A DNA stretch of 59,732 bases from an uncultured Acidimicrobiales bacterium (GTDB taxonomy: Bacteria > Actinomycetota > Acidimicrobiia > Acidimicrobiales > UBA10347): the NCBI GenBank assembly GCA_943788915.1, contig CALSSD010000007.1:186001-245732 (forward strand). Reading direction: 5' to 3'. This document shows, piece after piece, positions 36,317 through 46,654 of this stretch; position 1 is the stretch's first letter, and the number at the start of each line of letters is the position of its first letter. Below the pieces are notes generated by a model that saw only the letters and a program-made list of their open reading frames with translations, did not search any database and was not told the origin of the DNA. Made by a program: the position numbers and the translations under genes.

Positions 36317-36870
36317 TGCACGCCGAACCGACAGTTCTCGATGGCGTCGTTGAGTTCACTCCCCGGCGATTCAGCGATGGCCGCGGCTGGTTCAGCGAGA
36401 CCTGGAACAGCCGAACGTTCCTCGAGGCGGGCGTCGACCTCGACTGGGTCCAAGACAACGAGTCGTTCTCACAAGACGTCGGCACCGTGCGCGGGATTCA
36501 CTTCCAGAGTGAACCCATGGCCCAAGACAAGCTGGTGCGAGTGGCGCAGGGGAAAATTCTTGATGTCGCCGTCGATCTTCGTCGGTCCTCGAGCGCCTTT
36601 GGCCAGTGGGTGGCGTGTGAGTTGTCGGCTGATGCCGGCAATCAGCTGTTAGTACCCAAGGGGTACGGCCATGCTTTTTGCACGTTGGTTCCCGAGTGCC
36701 TGGTGCAATACAAGGTTTCCAACTTCTACTCCACCGAACATGACCGGGCGGTTGCCTGGAATGACCCCACGATCGGCATCGACTGGCCCGACGTCGTCGG
36801 CCAAGCAGTCGTGTCGGCCAAGGATCTCGCTGCGCCGTTGTTACACGACGCCCTCGATCTGTTTAGCTAA
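36316..36870 (+). CDS. rfbC: dTDP-4-dehydrorhamnose 3,5-epimerase
   Basis: DGRGWFSE, QDNESFS, RGIHFQ, DVAVDLR, GYGHAF. Confidence 0.96.
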   Translation: MHAEPTVLDGVVEFTPRRFSDGRGWFSETWNSRTFLEAGVDLDWVQDNESFSQDVGTVRGIHFQSEPMAQDKLVRVAQGKILDVAVDLRRSSSAFGQWVACELSADAGNQLLVPKGYGHAFCTLVPECLVQYKVSNFYSTEHDRAVAWNDPTIGIDWPDVVGQAVVSAKDLAAPLLHDALDLFS

Positions 36871-36990
36871 CACCTCGCCGTTTTTCCGGCCAGGCGGGCG
36901 AGCTAACGCCCAGACTCAGTCCAATGCGAGCAGAAAACGAGAAAGACCAGCCCAGTAGGCCGGTCTCATCACGTTTGGTCGTCGTGTGGG

Positions 36991-37692
36991 TCAGACATCC
37001 AGTTCTTGTTGTTCTCGCCTGCGGGATCCTAGTAACACGAGACCGCCAACACCTACAAGGGCGAAGCCTGCCGCAATGGGGGAGTCGATGTTATTTCCAG
37101 TAACTGCGAGACCAGCTCCAAGAACACCGTCAGCCGGGATTTGCTCCGCTGGCACAGATTCGCAATCCGCAACCAGCTGACCCGCAGCTTCAAGGGCATT
37201 GTTGATTGCAGTGACTTGGTCGGCTGTGAGGGTGAGCGAGGCACTCGGAGTGAGACCCTCGATGGTCGTTCCTGTAACGGTGATGGTCACTGGACCTGCA
37301 CACTGCTCAAGAACCGGCAGGGGCACCCGGAGAAGCTGAGTGGCTGGTACTGGGCCGTCAAACGGCGATGATGCCCCTGAGCCGACCACAACATTGGTCG
37401 TACATTCAAACCAAATGTCTGGGAACATGATAAGGACATTAGTGCCTTCGACCGTGATCGTCGGCGGAGGTAGATCTTCGCAACCGGTCGGCGGCGCTGG
37501 ATAGTAGTCGTCGGCGCCTAAGCCTGGGGGCCCGTAGTAGGGTCGAAGATGACCGTAAGGACCCGTTTCGGGTGTTGGCTCACCTGGGCCGGGCCAGACA
37601 TCCTGGGCTGCGGCCTGCGGTAACGCAACCGCTCCGAGCATCGCGATGACGACAAGTGCAAGAGAAAGGAGCTGTATGAATTTAGAACGCAT
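36991..37692 (-). CDS. Secreted Pro-rich protein with LAxTG sortase sorting signal
   Basis: Signal peptide MRSKFIQ...AAA/QD; C-terminal LAVTG + hydrophobic helix + SRRR; four Cys. Confidence 0.75.
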   Translation of the reverse strand: MRSKFIQLLSLALVVIAMLGAVALPQAAAQDVWPGPGEPTPETGPYGHLRPYYGPPGLGADDYYPAPPTGCEDLPPPTITVEGTNVLIMFPDIWFECTTNVVVGSGASSPFDGPVPATQLLRVPLPVLEQCAGPVTITVTGTTIEGLTPSASLTLTADQVTAINNALEAAGQLVADCESVPAEQIPADGVLGAGLAVTGNNIDSPIAAGFALVGVGGLVLLGSRRREQQELDV

Positions 37693-37954
37693 GCGCGAAC
37701 CTTGCGTAGGGAATTTTTTGTTACTAGTGATGATGGTGTGGACAACAAGCCTGACGGCATGGTAGCGCAAGAAATAGTTATTGGGAAACATTTTCTACCT
37801 GCACGCTGCACTGAGACACACGTGAACCTTGGTTTCTGGTCGGCGCCCTCTGCACCGATCGCTCCGAACCGGGTAGGACCAGCTCAACAGATCTCGCCGA
37901 TCTTGGTCACTATCAACGACTGAACCTGGTTTACACGACCGCTACCGTTAGGGG

Positions 37955-38509
37955 GTGCCCCAGGATCGACCGCTTTGTATTCTCTTTATCTGCACTGCAA
38001 ACGTCTGCCGGTCGCCGTTGGCCGAGGCCTTTATGGCCAAACACGTTCGAGCAGCTGGTGCCACGATGCAGGTCGCTTCCGCCAGTGTGCACGATCAGAT
38101 CCGCTCGACTCACCCGCTGGTCATCCAGATTCTCAGCGAGCAACAACTCACGCCGCGTCGCACCAACAGTCAGCCGTTGTCCAACGACCTTGTCAAAGCA
38201 GCAGACCTGATCGTGACGATGACGGGCGCGCACGCCATCTCGGTTGCCGGGAAGTTTCGGGACAGCCGAGCCAACGTCTTCGTACTCGATCACTTGGTCC
38301 AACTCATGCGCCCGATGGCCGCAAACGAGACACTCGACGATTGGTTGGCCGACATGCGCCGCCAACCTCGGATGTATCCGAACCATCCTGGCGCTCAGGA
38401 CATCACCGATCCCGTGGATAAGGACGAGGAAACGTTTCGATCGATCGCGGCGCAGATCGATGGGCTCACCGAACAGCTCGCTCGTTCGTTTGTGAGCGGG
38501 CCGGCCTAG
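37955..38509 (+). CDS. Low-molecular-weight protein tyrosine phosphatase (Wzb-like)
   Basis: FICTANVCRSP P-loop and DITDP general acid. Confidence 0.9.
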   Translation: MPQDRPLCILFICTANVCRSPLAEAFMAKHVRAAGATMQVASASVHDQIRSTHPLVIQILSEQQLTPRRTNSQPLSNDLVKAADLIVTMTGAHAISVAGKFRDSRANVFVLDHLVQLMRPMAANETLDDWLADMRRQPRMYPNHPGAQDITDPVDKDEETFRSIAAQIDGLTEQLARSFVSGPA

Positions 38510-38518
38510 ACCTGCATC

Positions 38519-40816
38519 TCAGTCCTCGAACGAAACCACGATGGTTTCCGCCAGGTCGAGTTGCTCGCTGAGGGTTACGCCGTCGGCGCCGGTGTAGCTG
38601 AGGTGCACGATGTCGTTGTTCACAAGTGGCTGATGCCAGACCGACACGTCGTAGGGCTGGGTGGGATCGACCTGGCCGATGAGTTCGAATTCGATACTTC
38701 GACTCACGTTTGGCGAGAGCCCGACCGGGATTTCGTTGCGGTCGTAACCAAATTCTCGCGTGAACCCTTGATCGAATGGCTCGCCGTCGAGTGACAGCAT
38801 CGAGACTCGGTGGGGCGTGAACAGCGACAGGTAGACCCAGTTGGTGCCGGGTAGGTCTCCGCCCAAGGTGTACTCGGGTGCATCGTCAGGCACCTCTGAC
38901 AACAGTTCGATGGTGCCTGACACAACGAGACGGCCTGTTTCGTCGACCGTTGCGTCATAGGTGATCTCGCGGTGCAGGTAAAGATCAAGTTTGTTCCGGA
39001 GTCCGTTTGTCTGCACGACAGCAAAGCTGTCGGCGGTTTCCCTCTCGTCGGCCGGCCAGCCGAACTCACGTTGCAGCTTGATCGAACGGAGAAACGCATT
39101 CTCGTCGGTGTCAAAGGTCGCGACCTGCAGTCGCCCTTGGCGTGCCACCGGGCCAAGTACATCGCCGAGGCGCTCGGGGCCGGGGAGTTGCGAGTCCAAC
39201 AGGTCATCGAATGCTTGGGCGAAGATCTCGCTTTGTTGCGATTTCAACGTCTGTCGGTTGTCGAGTCGAAACTGCTCGTCGAACAGGAATTCGACGACAT
39301 TGCCTGCATTGATGGGATGGTCCACGCCGTCGATGCGCAGTGGCCCGGTGAGTTTGAGCAGTGCGCTCAGAGCGTAGGCATCGAGATAGACGAATCCGTC
39401 GATGGATCCTCCGGCGATGCCTTCGAATACGTCGCGGGAACCGGCGGCCACGGTGGCCAGGTCGGGTGAGCCGGTGATGTTCTGCGGCCATCGATGCGGA
39501 CGGGCTCGATCGACGTACCAGCGCGGGTAATCGTCGCGACTCAGTGGCTCTTGGGAACGAGCGAGGTCGTAGAGACCGGCGATCCGGCCGGCATCGATCT
39601 GGCGTATCTGGCCGGCATCGAACTCGAGTAATGCCCAGCTTCCGACGAAACCGCCGAACTCGCGGGATTCGGCGGGAGATCCGAACCCGATGAAGTAACG
39701 GCGTGGGCCGTCTTGGCCGAGCATGCCGGGCAGCACCCGAGCTGCATCTGCTGCGACCCGCGCCTCGGGCAAGACGTCACGCATCTCGTCGGTCAGCTCT
39801 TGCATGCGCGACGCAATCGGCGAAACAAGCCATTCGGACCGGGCGGCGTCGAGTTCGGCGACCCCGGTTTCGAGCAACTCTGCGGTGTTCACCAGGTCGG
39901 CTTCCATCGATGACAGAACCGACAGGTCGACGGAGCCTGAGTTCATTGACACCGACGAGATGTCCGCTTCAATTGTCGTCCGTGATGCCTGGCGTGCGAT
40001 GTCTCGGCCTTGGCTGGTGGCAACAACGACAGCATGACGATGTTGTGCCACAATCGGGATCAGGCGTAGTGGTTGTGCCAGTGGTCCGGCGACGCGGTCT
40101 TGTGCTGCACCAAGCGAGTCGGCGGCTGCCTCTAGTTCTGCCACGACTGCCACCGGATCTCCGCCCCGGGCCGCAGACAGTCCGGAGCGGGCAGACGTGA
40201 TGCCCAGATCGACATCGGCCTTTGCTCGTAACAGCGTGAGACCTCCGACGCTGCACAGAATCACCGAGATCGCGATCGTGGCCCCTGTCGATTGTCGGAT
40301 GATTTGCCGTCTCACAGCGCTCGAACCCCGATAGCCAAACGCCAGCATCACCATGATTGCCGCGCCGGCAATCAGCGAAGGTGCGCCGAAGAAACCAATG
40401 TCGGGGATCCGGAACAGCCCCTGTATAACCAGGCCTGCGGCGACGACACTCATCCATGGACGTCGCGGCCGCAGCACCCCCGTTCCTGTCGCCAGTACGA
40501 GTCCGAGCACGACAGGACCCAGCCATGCCGATGCGCCCACAAACACCGCTGCCACGGTCGCAACAAGGATGACGGCCCAGTCGGGTGACGATGCTGCAGC
40601 AAAAACAAACAGGGCTGCAACCAATCCCTTGAGCAAGATGTCCCAGGCGGTCAATCCGGTCGGGGCACCGTCAGAAAATGCTGCCGCCACGGCTGCGGCA
40701 AGAGCGACCGCTGCAACCAGTTGTGGTCGCACAACACCTCTCGTCTTGCGGCGGCGATGGCTCCGAACTGGGTCGCCTGGTAACACGGCGACCTCATCAT
40801 CAATCGCTTCAGGCAC
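38519..40816 (-). CDS. DUF4012-type membrane protein
   Basis: N-terminal multi-TM region, helical stalk, GQDGPRRYFIGFGSPAESREFGGFVGS, NKLDLYL motifs. Confidence 0.75.
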   Translation of the reverse strand: MPEAIDDEVAVLPGDPVRSHRRRKTRGVVRPQLVAAVALAAAVAAAFSDGAPTGLTAWDILLKGLVAALFVFAAASSPDWAVILVATVAAVFVGASAWLGPVVLGLVLATGTGVLRPRRPWMSVVAAGLVIQGLFRIPDIGFFGAPSLIAGAAIMVMLAFGYRGSSAVRRQIIRQSTGATIAISVILCSVGGLTLLRAKADVDLGITSARSGLSAARGGDPVAVVAELEAAADSLGAAQDRVAGPLAQPLRLIPIVAQHRHAVVVATSQGRDIARQASRTTIEADISSVSMNSGSVDLSVLSSMEADLVNTAELLETGVAELDAARSEWLVSPIASRMQELTDEMRDVLPEARVAADAARVLPGMLGQDGPRRYFIGFGSPAESREFGGFVGSWALLEFDAGQIRQIDAGRIAGLYDLARSQEPLSRDDYPRWYVDRARPHRWPQNITGSPDLATVAAGSRDVFEGIAGGSIDGFVYLDAYALSALLKLTGPLRIDGVDHPINAGNVVEFLFDEQFRLDNRQTLKSQQSEIFAQAFDDLLDSQLPGPERLGDVLGPVARQGRLQVATFDTDENAFLRSIKLQREFGWPADERETADSFAVVQTNGLRNKLDLYLHREITYDATVDETGRLVVSGTIELLSEVPDDAPEYTLGGDLPGTNWVYLSLFTPHRVSMLSLDGEPFDQGFTREFGYDRNEIPVGLSPNVSRSIEFELIGQVDPTQPYDVSVWHQPLVNNDIVHLSYTGADGVTLSEQLDLAETIVVSFED

Positions 40817-40926
40817 CAGCCGAGGTTAGCGCCATCCGAGGCTCAGCCAGGTGAGGGCTCTAGTCTGTGTGATCACGCCAGGTCGAGTTGTGTGCACTCG
40901 GCCTGCGCTCTGAAAGGTACGCCGCT

Positions 40927-42243
40927 TTGTTGAACAATACGTTTCAGATCGCTGTAGTCGGTGCCGGTTATGTCGGGTTGACGACAGGCGTGTGTATGGC
41001 GGAACTCGGGCACCAGGTCGCAGTCCTCGACATCGACGAGGGCAAGGTGGCGTCGCTTCGTGACGGCAACGTGCCGTTTTATGAAAAGGGCATGGACGAG
41101 TCTCTGAATCGTCATCTGCGTGAAGACAATCTCCGTTTCTCGACGGAACTGGCCGAGGCCATTCCTGGCGCTGACTTCGTGTTCTTGTGTGTTCCCTCGC
41201 CATCCGCACCCGATGGCTCGGTGGATCTGCGTGCACTGCGCAGCGCTGCCGAAGCGATCGGGCCGCACCTCTCGCCTGGCGCGATCGTCATCAACAAGTC
41301 GACAGTGCCCGTCGGATCAACCCGAACCGTGCACGACCTGATCGGCCGTGACGATATTGCGGTTGCCTCAAATCCTGAGTTCCTTCGTGAAGGAACAGCA
41401 CTCGATGACTTCATGCACCCCGATCGAGTCGTCATCGGCGCCGAAACCGAGTCGCAACAACAGCGAGTAGCAGAGCTCTACCAGTCACTCAACGCCGCTT
41501 TCGTGTTGACCGATCCTGCCACTGCAGAACTGATCAAATACGTGTGCAACGCCTACCTGGCAACCCGACTGTCGTTCATCAACGACGTCGCAGAGCTGTG
41601 CGAGGGTGTCGGCGGCGACGCAACCGACGTGATGCGGGCAATGGGCCTGGACAAACGAATCGGCCCCCATTTCCTGCAACCTGGACCGGGTTGGGGCGGG
41701 TCGTGTTTCCCCAAGGACACTACGGCACTTACCAGTATCGCCCAGGCTGTCGGAACGGACTTCCAGCTGCTTCAAGAGGTCGTCGACTCGAACCAGCGCC
41801 AGTTCGACCGGGTCGCGGACCGGGCTCGCAGCATGGTCGACAACGTAAACGGCAGCCGGGTTGCGGTGTGGGGATTGGCGTTCAAGGCGGGAACCGACGA
41901 CACCAGAGACTCTCCGGCACTCGAAGTGATTCGCCGTTTGCTCTCAGCTGGCATCACTGTCATCGGATATGACCCCAAGGCCAGCTTCGCCGCTGACGGA
42001 TTTACCCAGGTCGACAGCGAACAAGCTGCGGCGATCGACGCAGACCTACTCATCGTGCTGACCGAGTGGCCCGACTTTTCCGCCATTGATCCATCGACCA
42101 TCGACGCGTCGATGCGGGTGCCGCAGGTCTTCGACACCCGCCGTGTTCTTGATCTGGACCACTGGCAAGCCGCAGGATTCACCTGCGAAGCAATCGGACA
42201 GGTGGCGCCCAACCCAGATTCCTCGTCGACTGTTGACCGCTGA
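40927..42243 (+). CDS. ugd: UDP-glucose 6-dehydrogenase
   Basis: GAGYVGL, NKSTVPVG, SNPEFLREG, GWGGSCFPKD, AFKAGTDDTRDSP. Confidence 0.93.
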   Translation: MLNNTFQIAVVGAGYVGLTTGVCMAELGHQVAVLDIDEGKVASLRDGNVPFYEKGMDESLNRHLREDNLRFSTELAEAIPGADFVFLCVPSPSAPDGSVDLRALRSAAEAIGPHLSPGAIVINKSTVPVGSTRTVHDLIGRDDIAVASNPEFLREGTALDDFMHPDRVVIGAETESQQQRVAELYQSLNAAFVLTDPATAELIKYVCNAYLATRLSFINDVAELCEGVGGDATDVMRAMGLDKRIGPHFLQPGPGWGGSCFPKDTTALTSIAQAVGTDFQLLQEVVDSNQRQFDRVADRARSMVDNVNGSRVAVWGLAFKAGTDDTRDSPALEVIRRLLSAGITVIGYDPKASFAADGFTQVDSEQAAAIDADLLIVLTEWPDFSAIDPSTIDASMRVPQVFDTRRVLDLDHWQAAGFTCEAIGQVAPNPDSSSTVDR

Positions 42244-42269
42244 CTTCTGACCTGTGACCCTTTGCGGGT

Positions 42270-42755
42270 CTACAGCAGCGCTAACACCATTACGAGCACT
42301 ACGGCAACCGCTGCGACGGCATAGAGAGCGATAAGCATGCGATTGATGCCTTTGGGCGCTGAAGCGGCCGCTTTGAGCGGCTGGTCATCGGCATCTTGTG
42401 CACCAAGACCTGCATCGGAGAAGGCTGAAGAGGTCTTTCGCTGCGGACGGGTCGGGCGGACCGAAGCCCGTTGTCTCGTATGGCCAGGTCTCGTTTGGGC
42501 GGGTCCAGTTTGGGTCCGAGCCCAGCGAGTCACCTTGTCCAGTGTGGATGCGACGCCGGCGCGGTCAGACTTGTCGAACAAGATCATGACGTTCTTGCGG
42601 TCCTTCGCCTCCATCTTGCCGATCTCTAGATCGGCGCAATCAGACACGCGCACCGTCGACCAGACTCGTCGCAACATCTCCACGTCGGATCCTGACAAGG
42701 TGGCACGGTTCGCGACGCCCCAATCCTCGATTGCATCATCCAACAGCATGAACAT
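42270..42755 (-). CDS. Hypothetical protein with C-terminal TM anchor
   Basis: 161-aa ORF filling the gap between two dehydrogenase genes; ends in a hydrophobic tail LIALYAVAAVAVVLVMVLALL. Confidence 0.55.
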   Translation of the reverse strand: MFMLLDDAIEDWGVANRATLSGSDVEMLRRVWSTVRVSDCADLEIGKMEAKDRKNVMILFDKSDRAGVASTLDKVTRWARTQTGPAQTRPGHTRQRASVRPTRPQRKTSSAFSDAGLGAQDADDQPLKAAASAPKGINRMLIALYAVAAVAVVLVMVLALL

Positions 42756-42916
42756 GATCCTGGCACACGGAGTCTGCGCTATCTGACTATCAAGACTTGA
42801 AATCGTGACCAGGTCGCTTCGGCCGATTCATGACCACGAGCTCCGCCGCCGATTGTGTCCCGCGGCCTAACCTGTGCGTGCCGACGTCTGAGCGGCAAGA
42901 ACGGGTTCGATACAAG

Positions 42917-44209
42917 ATGAGTGATCTCGTACAACGCCTGCGGCAACGTTCGGCCAAAGTGGTTGTCGTTGGTCAGGGTTATGTCGGCTTGCCAGTCGCG
43001 ATGCGCTCGGTCGAGGTCGGCTTCGACGTGGTTGGTTTCGATGTTTCTGAGCAACGGGTCGCCTCGTTGCGAGCCGGAGAGAGCTTTGTTGGCGACGTAA
43101 GCAACGAGACGCTTGCTGCTGCGCTCGCCGCCGGCTACAAACCCACTGCCGACACTGCCGATCTCGCCGAATTCGATGTGGCCGTCCTTTCGGTCCCAAC
43201 ACCGTTGCGAGACGGCGCACCAGACTTGAGCTACATCGAATCGGCTGGCCGCACGCTGGGCGGACATTTGCGGGCCGGGGCGTGTGTGATTCTGGAAAGC
43301 ACGACCTATCCAGGCACGACCACTGAACTGCTTGGGCCGATTCTGGAACAAGCATCGGGTCTCGCCACCGGCGAGTACTACCTGGGTTACTCCCCCGAAC
43401 GCATCGATCCTGGCAACGAGACACACACGTTCGTCAACACGCCCAAGGTGACCAGCGGCGTCGACGATGCCTCGCTTGCCGTGGTTGATGCATTCTTCAG
43501 CGCGCTGGTCGACCAGACCGTGCCTGTTGGTTCACCAGCGGAAGCCGAACTGGTGAAACTGCTTGAGAACACCTTCCGCCATGTCAACATTGCTCTGGTA
43601 AACGAGCTCGCGATGTTCGCCCGCGAACTCGATGTGGACATCTGGCGCGCGATCGACGCCGCATCGACCAAACCATTTGGCTATATGCGGTTCACGCCTG
43701 GCCCAGGCGTCGGCGGCCACTGCCTGCCCATCGACCCGAGCTACCTGGCATGGCGAGTCAAACAACACCTCGGCCAGACATTTCGGTTTGTCGAACTGGC
43801 CAACGACGTGAACGAACACATGCCCGACTATGTGTTCAGCCGGGTCACAGCCATGCTCAACGACCAGAAGAAGAGCGTGAACGGCAGCAAGGTATTGCTG
43901 CTGGGCCTGGCCTACAAACGAGGCACGAGCGATTGGCGCGAAAGCCCAAGCGTCGAAGTCGCCGAACGACTCGCTGCCGGCGGCGCCGAGGTGTCCGTGT
44001 GCGATCCGCTCATCGCCGAAGTCAATACCGAACACCTGGAATTTCCGCTTGTGCCATTCGAGTCAGAGGTTCTCGGGGCTGCTGACCTTGTCATTGTGCT
44101 GGTCGACCACCAGGAATTTGACCCCGCCGTCATCGCCGAACATGCGGCGCTGGTGTTCGACACCAAGAACCTGATGCGCGATACAGCCTACATAGGCGAG
44201 GTGTTGTGA
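42917..44209 (+). CDS. UDP-N-acetyl-hexosamine dehydrogenase (WecC/WbpA/TviB family)
   Basis: GQGYVGLP, ESTTYPGTT, YSPERIDPGN, KLLENTFRHVNIALVNE, GVGGHCLPIDP. Confidence 0.93.
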   Translation: MSDLVQRLRQRSAKVVVVGQGYVGLPVAMRSVEVGFDVVGFDVSEQRVASLRAGESFVGDVSNETLAAALAAGYKPTADTADLAEFDVAVLSVPTPLRDGAPDLSYIESAGRTLGGHLRAGACVILESTTYPGTTTELLGPILEQASGLATGEYYLGYSPERIDPGNETHTFVNTPKVTSGVDDASLAVVDAFFSALVDQTVPVGSPAEAELVKLLENTFRHVNIALVNELAMFARELDVDIWRAIDAASTKPFGYMRFTPGPGVGGHCLPIDPSYLAWRVKQHLGQTFRFVELANDVNEHMPDYVFSRVTAMLNDQKKSVNGSKVLLLGLAYKRGTSDWRESPSVEVAERLAAGGAEVSVCDPLIAEVNTEHLEFPLVPFESEVLGAADLVIVLVDHQEFDPAVIAEHAALVFDTKNLMRDTAYIGEVL

Positions 44210-44696
44210 ACCTCAGCCGCCCTCGATATGACTGGGCTACGTCTGGACCGGACGTGTGGACCGTGGAAGGCCACCTTTCCGACGCTTGGAACCATAAACG
44301 TTCATGCCGACGGGTCACTTGCAATCGATGTCGAGCAGGATGAGCGAGAACCGCTCGAACTCCCACTTCAGATCCGCCGCAAACTAGCCGGGAGCACCGC
44401 ACTGCAATCACGTCTGCGCCACGAATGGTGGCTCGCCCACTCCGCACCCACCTGGTCAATCCGCCGCGCGTGGGCAATCCACCTTGCCGTGCCGCTGTGG
44501 TTCATGATCTAACCCCGCCTGGCACCACTAACGGGGGCATTCCAACGGCCGTGCATGCATGCGTCGCTGGGCTACTTCTTACGCAAAGAATAGGAACGCC
44601 GACACCCACAAACCAGAGCCACCGGACCTCACAAACCAGGACCAGATTTCGGTGCCTCGCGACGCTCATCTGGGATCGAGGTCGTGTGGGGCAATA

Positions 44697-45569
44697 TCAT
44701 CGAGAAAATCGAGGGGCGACGTCTCGAAGAACAGCCGCGATCGCTGCTGCTTCATCACACGGAGCGAGAAGACTGAGCGGCGTGCCATCCTTGAACACCT
44801 CGGAAAATTGGACATCGTCGTACTTCTCAAGCACTGACTCGCCGACTGCTTGTGGGAGCACGTTCATGTCGCTGCGCCAGACCACAGACTGAGGATTACC
44901 AGAGCCATCGTCGATGGTCCGGACGGAGAGCTCGGGGTGAGCGTCATGCACACAGAGGATGACTTTGAACACGTCACCGTGCCATGGGAATCCGCTCCAG
45001 CCGCGCCTGACTTCGCTCGCGACGCGACTCCTCCTGATCTGGGAATGGCCGACACCTCATCGCTCGGGAACCGTGTCATCGATCAAGATCGGACCGTCGG
45101 GGCAGGCGCGTAGCGCATTGATCAGGTCTGTGTACGTCTGGCGAAACGTATGCAGCCCATCGAGAAAGACGAGGTCGAAGCTGGCGTCGGGATTCGCCGC
45201 AAAATACTCGTCGGATGTGACGGCGTGAACCGACACTCCCTTCGGCAGGTCAGCCAGGTCGAACCTCGGCGCCGGATCGACGCCCACTCGAATGGGTAAT
45301 TCGACGTCTTGGAATGTCATCCCGGTGAACAGGCCAACTTCCAAGTAGGAGCGAGCACAATCCATGCCTCGATAGAGAGAGTTGATTCGACGCGCCGACC
45401 AGGTCTGTCGGGACTCTGACGGAAGGGGAAGCAGTCGCATCTCAGCACCCCGTTCTTTCCGTTCTGCATTCTCGCGAAGAGCCGCCCGGTACTCGAACCC
45501 ACCGCGGACGCCAAACTTATGGAAGAGGGAAGCTGCATTCTGAATCTTGTTGACGTATTTGCGAGGCAC
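44697..45569 (-). CDS. Class I SAM methyltransferase (Methyltransf_24-like), three +1 frameshifts as sequenced
   Basis: YLEVGLFTG, VGVDP, FDLVFLDGLH. Removing one base from each of the GGG runs at 45066, 45041 and 44986 gives continuous IDDTVPSDEVSAIPDQEESRRE...IPWHGDVFKVILCV to the stop at 44697. Confidence 0.75.
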
Positions 45570-45766
45570 AGCAGAACCGTAGTCCCGTCGAAACCGTGTC
45601 GTGCCACGCTCAAGAAGGACACATCTTCGCTAACCACCTAAGCAAGCGCACTGTCGATCCGATTGGTTCCATACCATGGAGGCCCGGGTCATGCTTGGAA
45701 GCCAGCTCTGCCCAAAGCAGCGCTGTTACGCTCGTATTCCTCTTCTCCACTCACAACGGGATCACC

Positions 45767-46609
45767 ATGTCACGGCATACTTCGCTGCGCGAAAGAGCGT
45801 CTCAGGTTCCAGGATTGAGACCGCTGGCGCGTCGCTGGCGGACCCTGTGGCGCTCTAGCAGAGCAGCCTTCGCGCACCCTTCAATCGGGTCATTTATGGT
45901 GTCTGAGCCACTGGACCCGCCGCCAGCGGACGATTTCACGTCGCTGTTGTTGGATCACCACGGGCGTCTCGTGCACAAATGGTTGCACTATGGCCGGGCC
46001 TATGACCGTCTGCTTGGCGAGTATCGAACTGGCTTCCCAGATTCCGGGACACGACGACCCGTCTGTTTCCTGGAAATCGGAGTTTCGCACGGCGGCTCCC
46101 TCGAACTATGGCGAGAGTACCTTGGAGAAGACGCCGTGATCTTCGGCATCGATGTCGACCCTCGCTGCGCAGAGGCTGGTCGAGATGACCTGCACGTCCG
46201 GATCGGTTCGCAGGCAGATGAGGCGTTCCTCCGATCGGTGGTGAAGGAGATGGGTGGCGTGGACATCGTGCTTGACGATGGCAGCCACATCGCTTCCCAC
46301 CAGCGGACCTCCTTTGATGTTCTGTTCCCATTACTGACCGCAGGGGGCATGTACGTGGTGGAAGATCTCCACACCTCGTACTGGCGCGGATGGGGCGGCG
46401 GATTCAGGCGCCCGGGTGCGTTCGTCGAGGTCGCAAAGTGCTTAGTCGACGGGATGCACGGCTGGTATCACCGAATTCCGCTGGGCCCCCGATCGAGACT
46501 CGCCAAAACAGACATTGGCTCGATCAGCTTCTTCGATTCGATCGTCGCCATCGAGAAGAAACCTCATGATCGTCCGTGCACCATCCAGATCGGCACGCCC
46601 TCGTTCTGA
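45767..46609 (+). CDS. Class I SAM methyltransferase (sugar O-methyltransferase-like)
   Basis: HKWLHY, LEIGVSHGGSL, FGIDVDP, DIVLDDGSH, YVVEDLHTSYW. Confidence 0.9.
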   Translation: MSRHTSLRERASQVPGLRPLARRWRTLWRSSRAAFAHPSIGSFMVSEPLDPPPADDFTSLLLDHHGRLVHKWLHYGRAYDRLLGEYRTGFPDSGTRRPVCFLEIGVSHGGSLELWREYLGEDAVIFGIDVDPRCAEAGRDDLHVRIGSQADEAFLRSVVKEMGGVDIVLDDGSHIASHQRTSFDVLFPLLTAGGMYVVEDLHTSYWRGWGGGFRRPGAFVEVAKCLVDGMHGWYHRIPLGPRSRLAKTDIGSISFFDSIVAIEKKPHDRPCTIQIGTPSF

Positions 46610-46654
46610 GGGGAGACCCGTCACGCTCCAATCTCACATGGTGACGTAGTCTTC

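Noticed and set aside
44228..44512. 94-aa ORF after the nucleotide-sugar dehydrogenase
   Set aside because: No recognisable motif; it may be a gene remnant but cannot be supported from the sequence alone.
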